64,000 nucleotides of DNA from Batkoa obscura (taxonomy: Eukaryota): contig JASVEC010000001.1 in NCBI GenBank assembly GCA_030770535.1, positions 620,001 to 684,000 on the forward strand. The letters are read 5' to 3'. Shown piece after piece: positions 1 to 13,434 of the stretch; within the stretch, counting starts at the first letter, position 1, and each line of letters opens with the position of its first letter. The translations under genes and the position numbers were made by a program. A model generated the notes under the pieces. That model saw nothing but the letters and a program-made list of their open reading frames with translations. It made no database searches and was not told the origin of the DNA.

Positions 1-2728
1 AATAATTATTTCATTTTGGTTTTTTTAATAATTGCATTATGTTTTTTTCACCATTATATACTATCAATCCCTCATATTGTTATCATCACTACTTATGACC
101 TATTATTTGATTAAACTAAAACTTTTTTTATATACACATAATAATAAATAACCCACTATTTCTCTGTTAAAACAATATAAGGCTATAAGGCATTGCTTAC
201 TAGATACTTTATTTACTATCCAAAAATTCATTTTTTTATTTTTATTTTTATTTTCCAGTTTAGGAGCCGCTTTGTTCTGGTTTTCTCAAGAATTCTTAAA
301 GCTTCTGTAGAAAACTTTAGCTGGCTTATTGGTAATTTTGAGTTGCTGAAATTGATAATAATTTTACAAAACCTCAAAAGAATTTTAAAAACCAAAACAA
401 TAATAAAAATAAACCAGGTTTTTAATAAAAAAGATCATATAATAATAGAGATTATTTGAGTCTTGAAAACATTAAGACTTGCTTGTTTGCCATAGAAACA
501 GGCTTTTTGTTTAAATTATTTAAAGTCACTTTAAATTTAGAACGAGCTTTTACTGTATTAAAATAGATAATAACGCATTTTTACTTAAATGAACAATATT
601 TGCTTTTAAAAAATGTTAAACTTATTTAAAACTTCTATATTACTGTAAATTATAGCTAATCCTATATTAATGTTATACTAATGTTGTGTTAAGTTAGTTA
701 AGCTTTGAATTTTTATTAATAGTTTTTGTTTAATAATGCCATTAGAATTTATTCTTTATCAAAAATTTTGAATTTTTTTTGATGCAATGCCATTCCAAAT
801 CGAATATCCTGTTTCAACAATGTCTTCACTTTTCATTTATTTTATAGATAAAACCCCCATTTATATTTAACCACTCCTTATTTCCGCTTATTCTTCCCTT
901 TGATTTTATTGTTATTTTAATTAAAAGTTTGAGAAGTATAAAATTTTTATAAGTTACACCTTTTGCCAACTACACTAACGAAGCCATCTAAATATCAGTC
1001 AATCATTTGAACAACAATAGTTTGACAAAAGGATGGTTAAAGTAACATGCAATAATAGGTTTTACTTTAGTTATGATTAGGTAATTTTTATTTTTGTTTT
1101 TAGATTAAGTATTTCATAATTATAACAAATCCACTAAACAGATAAAGCACTCAACTTTACATGTTTAATGTCAATATGCCTATATATCGTTAGGAAACTA
1201 ACTAATATAGGCTAAGCAACCGTTCTGTGCACAACAGGTGTTTAAACCTACCTTAACGTGCATTTACTAGCCCATTTCTTAAATCCTTTAGTGGTAGAGT
1301 AAACTATACTAACTGTTTTAACAAATAGACTTTCCCAATCCGCATAGCCTCATGCTCAAATGCTATGTTGTAAACAACCAGTAAATGTCTGTTTCAGTAT
1401 TATGCTTATGATAGACACTAATGAACCCTAAGGCCACTACGAATTTGTGTATTAGTAAAACCAAGACTAATTGAAGGGTTCGCAAAATATTTCTTAGAAA
1501 CTTAGAATAGGCGCTATTTATAACCAAAAAAACCGCAGTCAAAAGGTAACCAACTAAACTACTTGGTCAAAGCCAAGGCAGCCAATCAAAATGCTTAAAA
1601 AGTGCCAACTCAAATAGCAAAAGCTACGGAATTACTCTAATCCCACAATTTAACTTTTAAAGGAAATGGTTAGTACCAAAACCGGATCTATCTAATTAAC
1701 CTTATCGACTGTACTTTACAGGATCACATGTTTAGTATATTTCGTAACAATGTTTAACAACATTGAAAACTTCATAAGGTTGGTTGATGATGGTTAGCAC
1801 GGTCTCTAAAAAGGGAAGGGTTTACTTAGGCTTTCATGTCTTTGTAAAAGTTGATGATCTTGTCGGTTCATATTCCAGAGCCTGACATGGAGATGTGTGC
1901 CATCTGACAACTTTAAATAATAATCTTAAAATTCTCTTTAACCAAATTATAGCAGTATGGAAGTAATTAAATGTGAAATACATTTGATTTGAATAGTGGA
2001 GCACACTGCTTTAAAATAAATTTTGATTTACAGAATCATCTAAACGTACAGCCTTTTTGGGCAAATCTAAGTTTGTAAAGGTAGAATTGCAACATCAGTA
2101 TTCTACATTGAAATAGTTTTTGTCCATAGACATAGAAAATATATTATATTGTAACCAGTAACTAACTTGCTATTTAATCAAAAAACTATGATTACTTTGA
2201 AATGACCTTATAATTGAGTTTATAACAACAAATTTTAAAATCCTCCATTAATGTACTTAATTCATTTATGATAAATAAAAATATTGATCATTTAACAAGG
2301 ATTTCATTTAAAACGTATGATAAAATTTAAAGTTGGTACTATTTTTACTAAAACAATTTTATAACAATTATCAATAATTATTGCAAGCTAAATATTTGGT
2401 TTTCCTTACTATTATGTTTTCTAGTATATTTTTTAAACATCAAATCGAGTTTAGATCACATTATCATCATATCAATATCAATATAAACCGAATCATAACA
2501 TCTCATTTTTATACAGATATTAATATTAATAAATAGTATAATAATGACAATTTTAACACTTAATAAAATAAATATTGCATTTACTTTTGTAGTTTTATAC
2601 TTTAAATAGAAAGTAACTTAGTTTACATAAACTTATAAAAGTATTATTTCAATATGACAAGGTACTTTTAAAAAAATTGTTATATAAATAGCAATCATAA
2701 ACTCAGCAATTGCTAACTTTTAAACATT

Positions 2729-3787
2729 ATGTTAACCTCAAGCATCCCAAAACACTATCAAAACAGTAATTGTAGGTGGAACTGGAGAACTGGGTCATTA
2801 TCTCGTGGAAGAATTTTTAAAAGACAAAGATCTTAAAGTAACAATCTTAACCTGAGCTTCCAGTGAAAACGACACCAAAAAAGAATTGAAAGATAGCTTT
2901 ATTAAGCAAGGTAGAAAAATTGTGGAAGTGAATTATAATAATCAAGACAGTGTTTTAAAAGCGTTGGTGGGCATTGATGTAGTACTAGTAGCTTTTAAGC
3001 CTTCCAGGCCTTATCAAAACAAGTATTGGTTTGATAGATGCTTCTGTTAAATCCAACGTTAAATTATTCATACCTTCTGAGTTTGCTGCTAAAGTAGAAG
3101 GGTAAGTTTTAAGTTGTATGTTTGACGTTAATTAGATGTTTAGCTTTTTATTTGTTAGAGTAGATAATCCATTGACTTTACCAAAAAAAAGTTAGAAGTC
3201 ATCTTGAAAGTTCTGGTTTAAATTATATATATATTATAACAATGATTTTTTTATGGAACATTTCCTATCCGGATTATTTAGTATTGCTATTCCGAACTAT
3301 AAAGCTCAAATTGTTAGCAGTAGGGGAACAAAGCTAACTATTACTAGTGTAAAAAATGTGACTAAATGTGTTGTGAATACCTACTTTCTTCTAGAAGTAA
3401 AAAATAAATTTGTTGATATTGTTGGAGAAAATGCATGTTTAAATGAAGTATTAAGAAACATATCATAAATTAGTAATAAACCTTTTGAGGTTGAGAAAAT
3501 TACTTTAGAAGAAGCTGAGGATGTTATTAATGCTAAGGATACTGAGTTAATGACACAAATATCTTATTTATTTAAAAGAGATATCGAGAAAAATTGAGGG
3601 TGTTTTTTTCACTTCATCACTTTTTCCATTTTTAAGCGCTATTTGAGTGGAAAGACTATTAGTAAAACTCTTAAACAAAAAAATACATCCCTAGTTATTG
3701 TTCTCTTGCTGGAAATTTCAACTATTTTTCCCTTGGCTTTAAGTTTGTATCCATAAAAGAGTATGTTAAACAAACTTTTTTTAATTA
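2729..3787 (+). pseudogene. NmrA-like / isoflavone-reductase-like NAD(P)-binding oxidoreductase pseudogene (copy 1)
   Basis: Reads IKTVIVGGTGELGHYLVEEFLKDKDLKVTILT*ASS (Rossmann GGTGxxG), then KALVGIDVV, KLFIPSEF, FFMEHF. Has an in-frame TGA near 2852, frameshifts, a TAA at 3466-3468 and a MITE at 3596-3692. Boundaries approximate. Confidence 0.8.
3596..3692. mobile_element. ~97-bp MITE inserted in the NmrA-like pseudogene
   Basis: GAGGGTGTTTTTTT...AAAAAAATACATCCCT, flanked by AATT/AGTT. Removing it plus 4 bp restores the frame EKNYCSLAG. Confidence 0.85.
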
Positions 3788-4390
3788 AAATAAATATCAA
3801 GTCAGTTTCCCTTTGTTGTTACTATTTTTATAATACTTTATTTAGGATCTGGTTTTTTTACTAATTTATGTTGATATAACACAATGTACTTATATCCCAG
3901 GTAAAGTCCTAATAATTCTTACAATATGTTGTAGTTAGAACTAAAACGAAATAAATACAAGCTACTTTTTTAAAATGCAATCGCAAAGATCACTTATTTA
4001 TAACGCTAACGATTAAAACTTATTAAAGAAACTGAAGAGCTTGACTATTAAAGCCATATTCAAATAATATGTCATTACCTATTTAACATTTTCCAATAAA
4101 TAAACTTGACTGGATAGTAAAGTGTCCTTTTATTACAATAAGAGATGTTTTCTATTTATTAAAACAAAGCTACTAAAATTGGTTAAACTCCAATAATAAA
4201 TCATTTTATAATAACTTAAAATATTGACAACTTTTATTAAAATAGAAATCAGATAATAATTTATATTGATATTGCAAAATTCTTAAACACAAAATACATC
4301 CCCATATAAATAATATAGCAATAAAACATTTTATTAGTTAAATTAAGATTTATATACAAACAAAATAACGAGCGGTAATCCTTAGAATAT

Positions 4391-4462
4391 GGATCCATGG
4401 TGTAATGGTTAGCACCCAAGGTTTTGATCCTTGTAATCCGAGTTCGATTCTCGGTGGGTCCT
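4391..4462 (+). tRNA. tRNA-Gln(UUG)
   Basis: Acceptor GGATCCA/TGGGTCC, anticodon arm CAAGG-TTTTGAT-CCTTG, T loop TTCGATT. Confidence 0.96.
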
Positions 4463-4510
4463 TGGAGGTATATTTTTAATAATTTTTCTACAATAGGATA
4501 GGATTTATAT

Positions 4511-4603
4511 CGGACTGTCTTTTTTGGTTTTAATATTTTGTCGATTTTTTTAAGCACTATTTAGTGGAAAAGCTGAGTAGTAGAATTTGAAAAAGACATG
4601 CTC
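4511..4603. mobile_element. degenerate MITE copy
   Basis: Internal TTTTTAAGCACTATTTAGTGGAAA motif, decayed termini, ATAT on both sides. Confidence 0.65.
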
Positions 4604-4976
4604 ATATTTAAAATTAGATTTTTAAAAAAAAATAATAGCTTAGTTGTTGATTTTAGTTTTTATTTATTTTAATATTAATATTAATATTAATATTAATTTG
4701 CATTATTTAATATTTTTTAAGTATTTCATATTCAATCATTATCTATCTACATTATATTAAGTCATCACTACCACTGTCCAATAACTCGATCCACACTGAA
4801 ATTAAATTATCCTCAGAAATTAGCAATAAAATAAGTTACTTTTCAAAAAAAATAAAGCTGTCAATTAACCAAAAATAGTAACTTGGCTTATCATAGTGGA
4901 GTTTTAAACGTTAATAAAAAGAATGACTATATTATAATTTGATCAATTCATCCATCTTATCTTTTTATCAAACTTA

Positions 4977-6526
4977 ATGTCAAAAAATATAAAATCAAAT
5001 TTAAATACACCATTGATGGATGAGCGATATCTTAATTATAGTGAAGGAGAAGAAGAAGGAAATGGTCGAGCACAAGGAGGTGGTTACGCATTAATAGAAT
5101 CTGGAGAATCTGAACTCAAACAAAGTATTCATGATCCATATCGTTTACTCTATATTACTTTTTTCATGTTGGGGATAGCTATGTTATTACCTTGGAATGG
5201 TGAGTTTTACTGTTTATTTATATTTTTATATTTTTATCATTTCTTTTTAAATGATTCTAATTGAAATTGGGTATTAATCTACTTTTTAATTATGATTAGT
5301 TTTCATCACAGCTACCAGTTTCTTTTCTTATAAATTTAAAAATAGTCGTTATGAAACCAATTTTAATGGTTGGTTTTCAGTTATCGGATCAACAACTAAT
5401 CTATTGTTTTTATTTTATTCATTAGGAAGTCAAAGAAAAGTAGGTATTCTTTTATAAATACGTCCCCGCATAAATAACATTAACATTTAATTAACCCATA
5501 CATTAATAGGCTAAATTATACACCCGTAGTTTAACCAGTATATTTTATTTAACACTTTGTTTTATTTTTATGTTAATATTCACTCAAACCAAATTCCTTC
5601 CTGAAACCAATTTCTATATATCAATCCTCTTACTTTTTTTATCCGTTTCAAGTGCTTCTTTTTTGAATAGCGACGGTCTCGCTTTAGCCGCTACTTTTGG
5701 TAGTAATTATGTACAAGCTAGCTTAATGGGTCAAGCATTGGCGGGATTAGCGGTAGCTATTGCTCAATTGGGGATTGCTTATCATGGTCAAGTGAATCTG
5801 ATTGAATTACCGGAAGAATTGATTTTAAACCAAGGTTATTATTATTTTTTAACAGCAGTAATAACAAGTTTGTTAACCTTTGCTTGTTTTTTTGGTTCAA
5901 GAAAACATCCACAGTTTATATTAGTCAAAATGGAATTAAAAGATGATCACGAGTTAAGTTTTTCAGATTTGATCAAAGAGAAAGTTAACGAATGTAAAAT
6001 TTTAATTGATGGAAATAGAAAGCTTTTGATAAGTTTATTGCTTACATTTATTGTTACCTTATCTTTATTTCCTGCTATTACAACTACAATTACATCAACA
6101 AATAATCATACATTTACATCGACTTATTTTATTGAAATAGGTTTTATTATCTATAATCTAGGTGATTTATTAGGTCGTTATTTGCCCTCTATATCAACCT
6201 TATTCATCACCAATACAAAACATTTACTCCTTGCTTCTATCTTAAGATTTCTCTTTGTACCTTTATTTTTATGGAGTAATACTAAGTTAGGAACAAATCA
6301 TTATTTGGGAGATGATTTTTTATTTTTTATTTTGATGTTATTGTTCGCAACGACCAATGGTTATTTGGGCACTATGACTATGATATTAGGTCCTAGTACA
6401 ACTAATGTAGAATTAAGACCTACTATGGCATCGCTTATGGCACTTACATTAACTTTAGGTTTATCCATTGGCTCTTCTATGTCCTTTGTTTGGTTGGCAA
6501 TTGCTTGTCAATGTAATCCATTTTAA
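4977..6526 (+). CDS. Equilibrative nucleoside transporter (ENT/SLC29, Fun26-like); exons 4977-5199, 5300-5439, 5510-6526
   Basis: Spliced product has FFMLGIAMLLPWNVFITA, GQALAG, FIVTLSLFP, YNLGDLLGR, FATTNGY. GT-AG introns keep the frame. Confidence 0.92.
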
Positions 6527-6656
6527 TATATATCTATAATTCTTATTTAAACTTGTGTATTATTAAATGAAAGCATGTATCATTAAACTATCAAATTTTA
6601 TTATTTATTTATTTATTTAAAATATATAATTTTATTATAATTAATAATAACAATTA

Positions 6657-7409
6657 CTAACGTCTATCTTTAGGGATTACATAAGTACATTCAGCAGTCC
6701 CAACTAATTCATCAAATTGATTAAATATCTTTGCAGATAATACAGCTTTATAAGGTTTACTTTTACTATCTTCATAATCAATTGTAAATTTAACAAAAGT
6801 ATCCGCATTTGGTAATTCCTTCATTCCCTCTGCATTAAACTCCGTACTTAAATTAACAGTGAACATGTTTCTATTTTTTCCATTACTAGTAGATAATACT
6901 GCTACTCTGTAAAAAGCTTCATCTAACATATGAGTTAAAATCCCTTGATGAATTCTATCATCATGATCTACTGCTTTGGTACCAATATAATGAACTTCAA
7001 TACCTTGTTTTTTTTCTTTATTAAAAAACATCCTTGGTAATAAAGCTAAAATATTATCTTTATAATAATAATTAAATGTAATATGATCATCTGATATCAA
7101 TCCTTTAACTATTCTTTCAATCATCATTTCGCCTATATCATCAAAGGAGGTATTTGATTCAAGTTCGGTTGTCCATGGATGAGAGTGAAGTTGATTACTT
7201 ATATCAGAACCTGGAGCTTGATATTGTCGGTAAACTTCTCCGCCAACTAAACCTCCACTTAATAATAACCCTCCTGCTTTCCAAGATGCTAAAAAGGGTT
7301 CATTTGATTGTTTCAACGGAATTGTACTACTAGTTGGACGTATATTGGTTAATCTATGGGTAATATATTTTAATTGATTTAATGAACGTGGTTTTAAGAC
7401 TGTAAACAT
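6657..7409 (-). CDS. Hotdog-fold acyl-CoA thioesterase (PaaI/THEM4-like), probably mitochondrial
   Basis: RIHQGILTHMLDEAF resembles the HGG..LDE motif, plus FTVNLS. Basic, Ser/Thr-rich N-terminus followed by a hydrophobic segment. Confidence 0.7.
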   Translation of the reverse strand: MFTVLKPRSLNQLKYITHRLTNIRPTSSTIPLKQSNEPFLASWKAGGLLLSGGLVGGEVYRQYQAPGSDISNQLHSHPWTTELESNTSFDDIGEMMIERIVKGLISDDHITFNYYYKDNILALLPRMFFNKEKKQGIEVHYIGTKAVDHDDRIHQGILTHMLDEAFYRVAVLSTSNGKNRNMFTVNLSTEFNAEGMKELPNADTFVKFTIDYEDSKSKPYKAVLSAKIFNQFDELVGTAECTYVIPKDRR

Positions 7410-8391
7410 TATGTTATTTATATGAATGAAGATTTGGAATTTAAATTGTTGTACTATTCAATCAAAATAAAATGGAGAAGGTAAATGTTAATAAATTTGA
7501 AAATAAATATTAAATAGTTAAAATATAGAATATAGAAAAAAAATAATCTTTTTCAAACTACTTTTTATAGTGGTGCCTTCTATTTATAGTCCAAAGTTTC
7601 GAAAGTTTAAAATTTTTAATTTAATTTTTCGTATTTATTGAGCGAATTCAAAAACAACACCATTTCACACTTAACCAATTAAATAGAAATATTTCAATAG
7701 GAGTGTAAAAATTTGCTAATTTAAAAAATGAAGTCATTTGAATTGTTTTTTATTAATATAGAAACTAAGAATTGTTTTTTTTGTTTAGGCTAATTCGTTA
7801 AGATATTTAATTAAAAGGGGTTGACTAGTTTATTATTGTTTGTTTTTATTTATTTATTTATATTGAGTTTAATATATGCGTTTTATGACTTAGTTTTTAT
7901 ATTTTCATATTCAATATTTATTTTATTAATGTTTAAAATGGAGCCCATCATTTATTTTTATTGTATTAAATAAGCGTATATAAATTAATATTTAACTTAA
8001 TAAAATGAAATTAATAATTTGAATTTTAAAACAAAATAAAATATTATTTTAAGTAATGATGATTTTACATAAAATAGTTATATATTAAGTAAGGCTTATT
8101 AGTTTTTAATATTAGTCAACTAATTTCTTGTATATACAGTTAAAGGTAAATGAGAATTAAAACTTAACAAATAAAATAGATTGATGAGATGATAATTCAT
8201 TCATTTATTGGTAATATGAATTTAGAAATAAAAGCTTCTCTTTTTTAGCATAGTTCTGAACATTTAAAATATTTTTAAATTTGCTTACTAATGTTTTTTA
8301 CTTATTTTGAATTTGAATTTCAAACAAGTAATTATCAATTTGTTATATTTAAAAACCAAAAAAATCAACTTTATTAATGATTCAACTCTAT

Positions 8392-9918
8392 CTACTCTGT
8401 CTGCAATATCAAATTATGAATCCTAGTAGCTCTCTCCAACTTAATAAAAAATAAACAAATAATCCCAGCTATTAAAAGTCCAAATACTAAATAATAACCT
8501 AATCTAATTTGATTTGTAGTATTAACAATAGCCCCAAGAGATATTGAGCCAATCCAAGAAGTCCCTTTATAAGAAATTAGATAAATAGCAAAAAACATTG
8601 CATCTTTTGATTTGGGTAACATTTGAGAATATAAAGCTCGATGATAACATTGTATTGTAGCATAAATAGAAAATAAAAATAAATAATAGATATAATACTC
8701 TACTTTGCTTTTGATGCCAATAGAAAGATATAGTCCAAATAAACCCCAGATTGGAAAGATTAATGAAAACAATGAAAGATAATTTGTTAGGTTAAGAATA
8801 TTAAGTTGCTTTGGAAACCATTTTTTTAAAAAATATAATATTGTTACTGCTATACCTTCAACTAAGGGACCAATAGCATTAATTAATAAAGTATCACTTG
8901 AAGTAATTGTTAGTTCTCTACGACCAACAAAAATTGCTGTTGATATTCCAGTTGATAACCCGTCGGATAAGAAAAACCAAGAAATTAAACCCAACCAAAT
9001 ATCTTTATATTGTTTAAAATTTATAATAATTTTATAAATTTCTATTACAGAGTAAGTAAATACATTTTGATCATTTGGTATTGATGGGAATTTGTATTTA
9101 GGCAGATAAATATAAGATATCAAGCCTAATATTAACCAAAACAAGCCAGGAAGACTAACTCCTAATTGTAAACTAAAAATACTATTATTATTATTCAAAG
9201 ATATTAATGAACTTGTTAATGATATTCCGAAAGTTAATAACATAGCCAAACTAAATGGATTAGCTGATAACTCTGTTGTTATTGAATCTTTAATCTTTTT
9301 AACTTCTTTGTCATTATTACACTCCATTATTCTTTGATCAAAATTTGCAAAAAATGAAATATAAGATAAGAAGAAAGCAGATGCAATTACTGTTGATACA
9401 TTAGCTAACATACATAATATAATCAATACCACATAATGAGAACTATTGATTAATGCAATAATACTAGAACTTATACTACCTAATATTGTAAATATCAATA
9501 AAAAATAACTTCGATAATTTTCATGATCTGCTAAGCCAGAAAATAAAATCAAAAACAAAGCTTGAAATATTGTTGTAATTCCATTGATATATAATACTGC
9601 TGAAGTATTAGGAATCATTAAGGTATTGATTTTTAAATAACATATATCTTTCCCATTACATTTAGTAAGACCATCAGTTAGATAACCATTTTCGGTGATT
9701 AAACTATCAAGTAAACTTGGGATGACATGGACGGCAGTCAAGGCATAGGGAAGAAACTAGACAGAGAGAGATAGAGAGTTAATTTTGAGATCATTATGAA
9801 GTTGAATAATTAAACTTACACCTAAGGTATGTAAATAAAAAGCATATTTATGTTTTCTTGTTGTATAAAATGGATCTTCGTTCTTAGTTTGTTGAAAAGA
9901 TAAAGATAAAGATTTCAT
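8392..9918 (-). CDS. Atg22-like vacuolar amino-acid effluxer (MFS); exons 9918-9820 and 9756-8392
   Basis: Multi-TM protein with SGLADH, WFFLSDG, RALYSQMLP..DAMFFAIY..SYKGTSWIG. Upstream exon joined by a GTAAGT...TAG intron. Confidence 0.85.
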
Positions 9919-10471
9919 TATTATAAAAACAAATAATTTTCGAAGTTTGTCGATTATATAGGTTCTAATTGTTAATGATTTTATACGATTGGCTGAATAG
10001 ACCCTTTTTATAGAATCTCAGACTATTGTCCCCTTTGATTATTATGTAAACTGGAGTTATTATTGAAGATGAGCGTTCATTGGATTTGATAAGCATTATT
10101 TGAAAATTTAGGATTTTGGATTTATTTAGTATAATTAATTGTTATTTTGTTATTGAATAAATATATCATGAGATGAAGCTATTTTATGAAATAGAAATTT
10201 ATATTAACTTTTATTGTATTTTATTTCAAGTATTGTATAATATTAATATAAAGTACTTAATTCATATTTTAATTTTAAAATATAATATATAAAATATACA
10301 AGTGTTCTGATTGTGCTTCATAAATAAAATTAATGAATTTATAAACATTAATTACATTATATGACTTTAAAATTAGATTATTTTATAATTATAGTTTAAT
10401 TGTTGTTCTATTTATTTTGACACTATTTATGAGTTAAATAATATGAGAAGTTATTTTTTATTTTAATGATT

Positions 10472-10595
10472 AAGGGGTGTATTTTTGGTTTCATCACTTT
10501 TTCATTTTTTAAGTGCTATTGAGTGGGAAAAATGATAGTAATTTTTTTTAATTTTACGCTATATAGGGAAGTATTTTTTTGTTTAAGAATTTTAT
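10472..10595. mobile_element. two truncated MITE fragments
   Basis: GGGGTGTATTTTTGGTTTCATCAC...GAGTGGGAAAA, followed by GGGAAGTATTTTTTTGTTTAAGAATTTT. Confidence 0.65.
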
Positions 10596-11452
10596 TAATA
10601 AACATTATTTTAAAACTTAAATTATTATTGATACTTAATAATGAACTATAAAATGGTAAGTTATTATTATTATAATATAAATCGAAAATTATTTTATAAA
10701 ATAATAGTAATCAATTTGTAATGCTATACAACAAATTCAATTTTATAAAAACAAAAACAATATTATATTATTTGATTAACAAAAAAACTATTTAATTTTT
10801 TAAAAGGTATTGACTCAAGTATTTCATCAATTATAATAATAAAAATCATATACGTCAATTAGCGTATAAGACTAAAGCATTATTGAGCTATATCTGGACA
10901 GATTAGTAGAAAAAGATGACATTAATAAACAAATGCAGAATTAAAACACTTTTAAGCTACAGAACCCCATAATTATTACTTGCTTATAAAGAAAAAGAAT
11001 GTCATTAATACTATAAAGAATCTTGGTTCTCCCTTTCTATCTCCTTTTGTTTGTTTTATTAAAATCAACCACTTAAAAGTTAGTTTTGAGATTTTCAAAA
11101 AAAGTTGAAGGGAAGGATTGATAAGTTAATAATAAAGCACAAATTATAAAGCTTAAAAATATAAATACGTCTTTTATTATAGATCTATCTAGTAATATGT
11201 TTCAACTATAAAAATAGAAGTCTAAAAATAAAAGATATCATCTATAATAACAGTTAAAGTTCTAAGTTTTAAATTGTATCCCCCATATTCCCAAATTCAG
11301 TTAAAATCTAAGCTTCGAAATCACCAAATGGTTCTGAATTCAATCAAATCAGCGGTAAACTGAAAAAGACTGACGGATCATTTGATAACCACGTTTCAAA
11401 AAAGCATTTAAATTAAGTCATTGACTAAACATTATAAAAAATAAACAAAAAG

Positions 11453-11460
11453 TATATAAA
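11453..11460 (+). promoter_or_regulatory. candidate TATA box of the GH20 gene
   Basis: TATATAAA about 45 bp upstream of the ATG. Weak evidence in AT-rich DNA. Confidence 0.3.
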
Positions 11461-11503
11461 TAAAATCAAACTTAACATCAATTTTAAATTCATTTCATTC
11501 AAA

Positions 11504-13123
11504 ATGAATTTATTTTATGTATTATTTTTAATCAATAGTATAATAAGTACTCCAAGCTTATTATTTCCAACACCTCAAGAATTTACAGAAGGAAAAAAGA
11601 GTGTTTTATTAAGTTCTAGTTTTAATATCCAAAGTAATAAAAACAGTGGTCGATTAAACCGTGTATTCTTTCGTATAATTCAACAAATTCAACAAGAAAA
11701 GTATGTGCCTATAGTACCTAAATTTCAAGGTACTTATTCAGATTATGATAAAGTTTTACGTCAATTGAATGTTAAAGTTGAAAACACAGATGATAAATTT
11801 GATGATGAAACGGATGAATCTTATATTCTTAATATTAAAGAAGATGGTAGTGCTACTTTAGAAGCTAAATCAGTTTATGGTGTTATTCATGGCTTAGAAT
11901 CTTTTCAACAAATGATTCAATTTAAAAATGGAAAGAAGTTTATACCTAATACTCCTATTTATATTAAAGATTATCCAAAGTTACCACATCGTGGTTTGTT
12001 ATTAGATACTAGTAGAAATTATTATCCATTAACTACTTTAAAGAAAACTATTGATGGATTAGGTTATAGCAAAATGAATGTATTTCATTGGCATCTTACA
12101 GATTCTAATAGCTTTCCATTTATGTCTAAAAAACATCCAATATTATGGCAAAAAGGTTCTCTATTACCAGGACAAGTTTATTCAATGGAAGATGTTAAAG
12201 AATTAGTTGAATATGGTTTAGATCGTGGTATTAGAATTATACCTGAATTAGAAGCACCAGCTCATTCTTATGCTATGGGAGTAGCTTATCCAGAAATTGG
12301 TGTATGTATGGACAAAGATGCTTGGTGGGATAATGCAATGCAACCACCCAGTGGACAAATTGATCCAACCAATCCTTTATCTAAAAAAATAGTTAATGAT
12401 TTAATTGATGAATTTTCAAGTGTATTTAAAGATAAATATATGCATTTGTCTGGAGATGAAGTTAATTTAAATTGTTGGAAGAGTTCACCTAAGATTGTGG
12501 ATTATGTTAGTAAACATAATGTTACTTATAATGATTTATTAGAATCTTTTGCTAAAGATATGCATAAAAGAGCTATAGATAATAAGAGAAAAATCATGGT
12601 TTATCAAGAAATGTTATTAAATCATAAAGTAGAATTACCTAAAGATAGTTTAATTCATGCTTGGTTAGATGCTTCAGATGCAAAAAAGATTGTTGATTTA
12701 GGTTATAAAGTAATTAGTTCTTCATATAAATACTGGTATTTAGATTGTGGACGTGGTGAATGGATTGGTGTAGGTACAGGGAATTCGTGGTGTGATCCTT
12801 ATAAATCATGGCAAATAATTTATAGTTATGATTTATTTGATAAAATTGAACCAAATCAATATAAATTAATTCATGGTGGGGAAGTTGCTATGTGGAGTGA
12901 ACAAACAGATCACTTTAATTTAGATCCTTTAATTTGGCCACGTACTGCTGTTGCTGGTGAAGTCCTTTGGTATGGTAATAAAGATAAAAACAATCAAATG
13001 ATTAGTCCAAAGTTTATTTTGGATCGTTTAAATAACTTCCGCTTCCGTTTAACGGATCGTGGATTTAATGCTCAAGCTCTTCAACCTCTTTGGTGTGTTT
13101 TAAATCCTGGACGTTGTGGTTAA
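11504..13123 (+). CDS. Secreted beta-N-acetylhexosaminidase (GH20)
   Basis: Signal peptide, HRGLLLDTSRNY, MNVFHWHLTDS, catalytic HLSGDEV, YWYLDCG, GGEVAMWSEQ, IWPR. Confidence 0.97.
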   Translation: MNLFYVLFLINSIISTPSLLFPTPQEFTEGKKSVLLSSSFNIQSNKNSGRLNRVFFRIIQQIQQEKYVPIVPKFQGTYSDYDKVLRQLNVKVENTDDKFDDETDESYILNIKEDGSATLEAKSVYGVIHGLESFQQMIQFKNGKKFIPNTPIYIKDYPKLPHRGLLLDTSRNYYPLTTLKKTIDGLGYSKMNVFHWHLTDSNSFPFMSKKHPILWQKGSLLPGQVYSMEDVKELVEYGLDRGIRIIPELEAPAHSYAMGVAYPEIGVCMDKDAWWDNAMQPPSGQIDPTNPLSKKIVNDLIDEFSSVFKDKYMHLSGDEVNLNCWKSSPKIVDYVSKHNVTYNDLLESFAKDMHKRAIDNKRKIMVYQEMLLNHKVELPKDSLIHAWLDASDAKKIVDLGYKVISSSYKYWYLDCGRGEWIGVGTGNSWCDPYKSWQIIYSYDLFDKIEPNQYKLIHGGEVAMWSEQTDHFNLDPLIWPRTAVAGEVLWYGNKDKNNQMISPKFILDRLNNFRFRLTDRGFNAQALQPLWCVLNPGRCG

Positions 13124-13335
13124 GATAGGAAGGGTTTAGTTTAATATGCATGCATTTCAAATAAAAAATTGTTTAGCTTTTAGTTATTTTATTTTATTTT
13201 TTGACCATCTGTATAAATTTTGTATATAATAATAGTTAATATAAATTATATAGTTGAATAATGAAATAAATAATAAGTGTTTTATTTTTATATTATTTTG
13301 ATAGTATATTAGAGACTAATTTTAAAGTATGATTT

Positions 13336-13434
13336 GGGGATGTTTTTTTTGGTTTCATCATTTTTTCCATTTTTTAAGTACTATTTGAGTGAAAAGATTA
13401 TTAGTAAAATTCTTAAACAAAAAAATATATCCCC
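13336..13434. mobile_element. ~97-bp MITE
   Basis: GGGGATGTTTTTT...ATATATCCCC, ATTT on both sides. Confidence 0.9.

Noticed and set aside
193..459. Short ORFs 193-459, 31734-31931, 50134-50316, 58689-58919
   Set aside because: F/I/L/K/N-rich translations of AT-rich non-coding DNA without motifs or splice support.
2852..2854. In-frame TGA in the NmrA-like gene as selenocysteine or readthrough
   Set aside because: The position corresponds to the usual Arg of TILTR (CGA to TGA), and the gene also has frameshifts, a TAA and a MITE.
4261..4557. 98-aa minus-strand ORF; likewise 48030-48230
   Set aside because: They overlap tRNA genes (and, for 4261-4557, a MITE); spurious.
4670..4697. (TAATAT)n microsatellite; also TGCAAAA x3 near 47794 and AAT runs
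   Set aside because: Ordinary simple repeats in an AT-rich genome.
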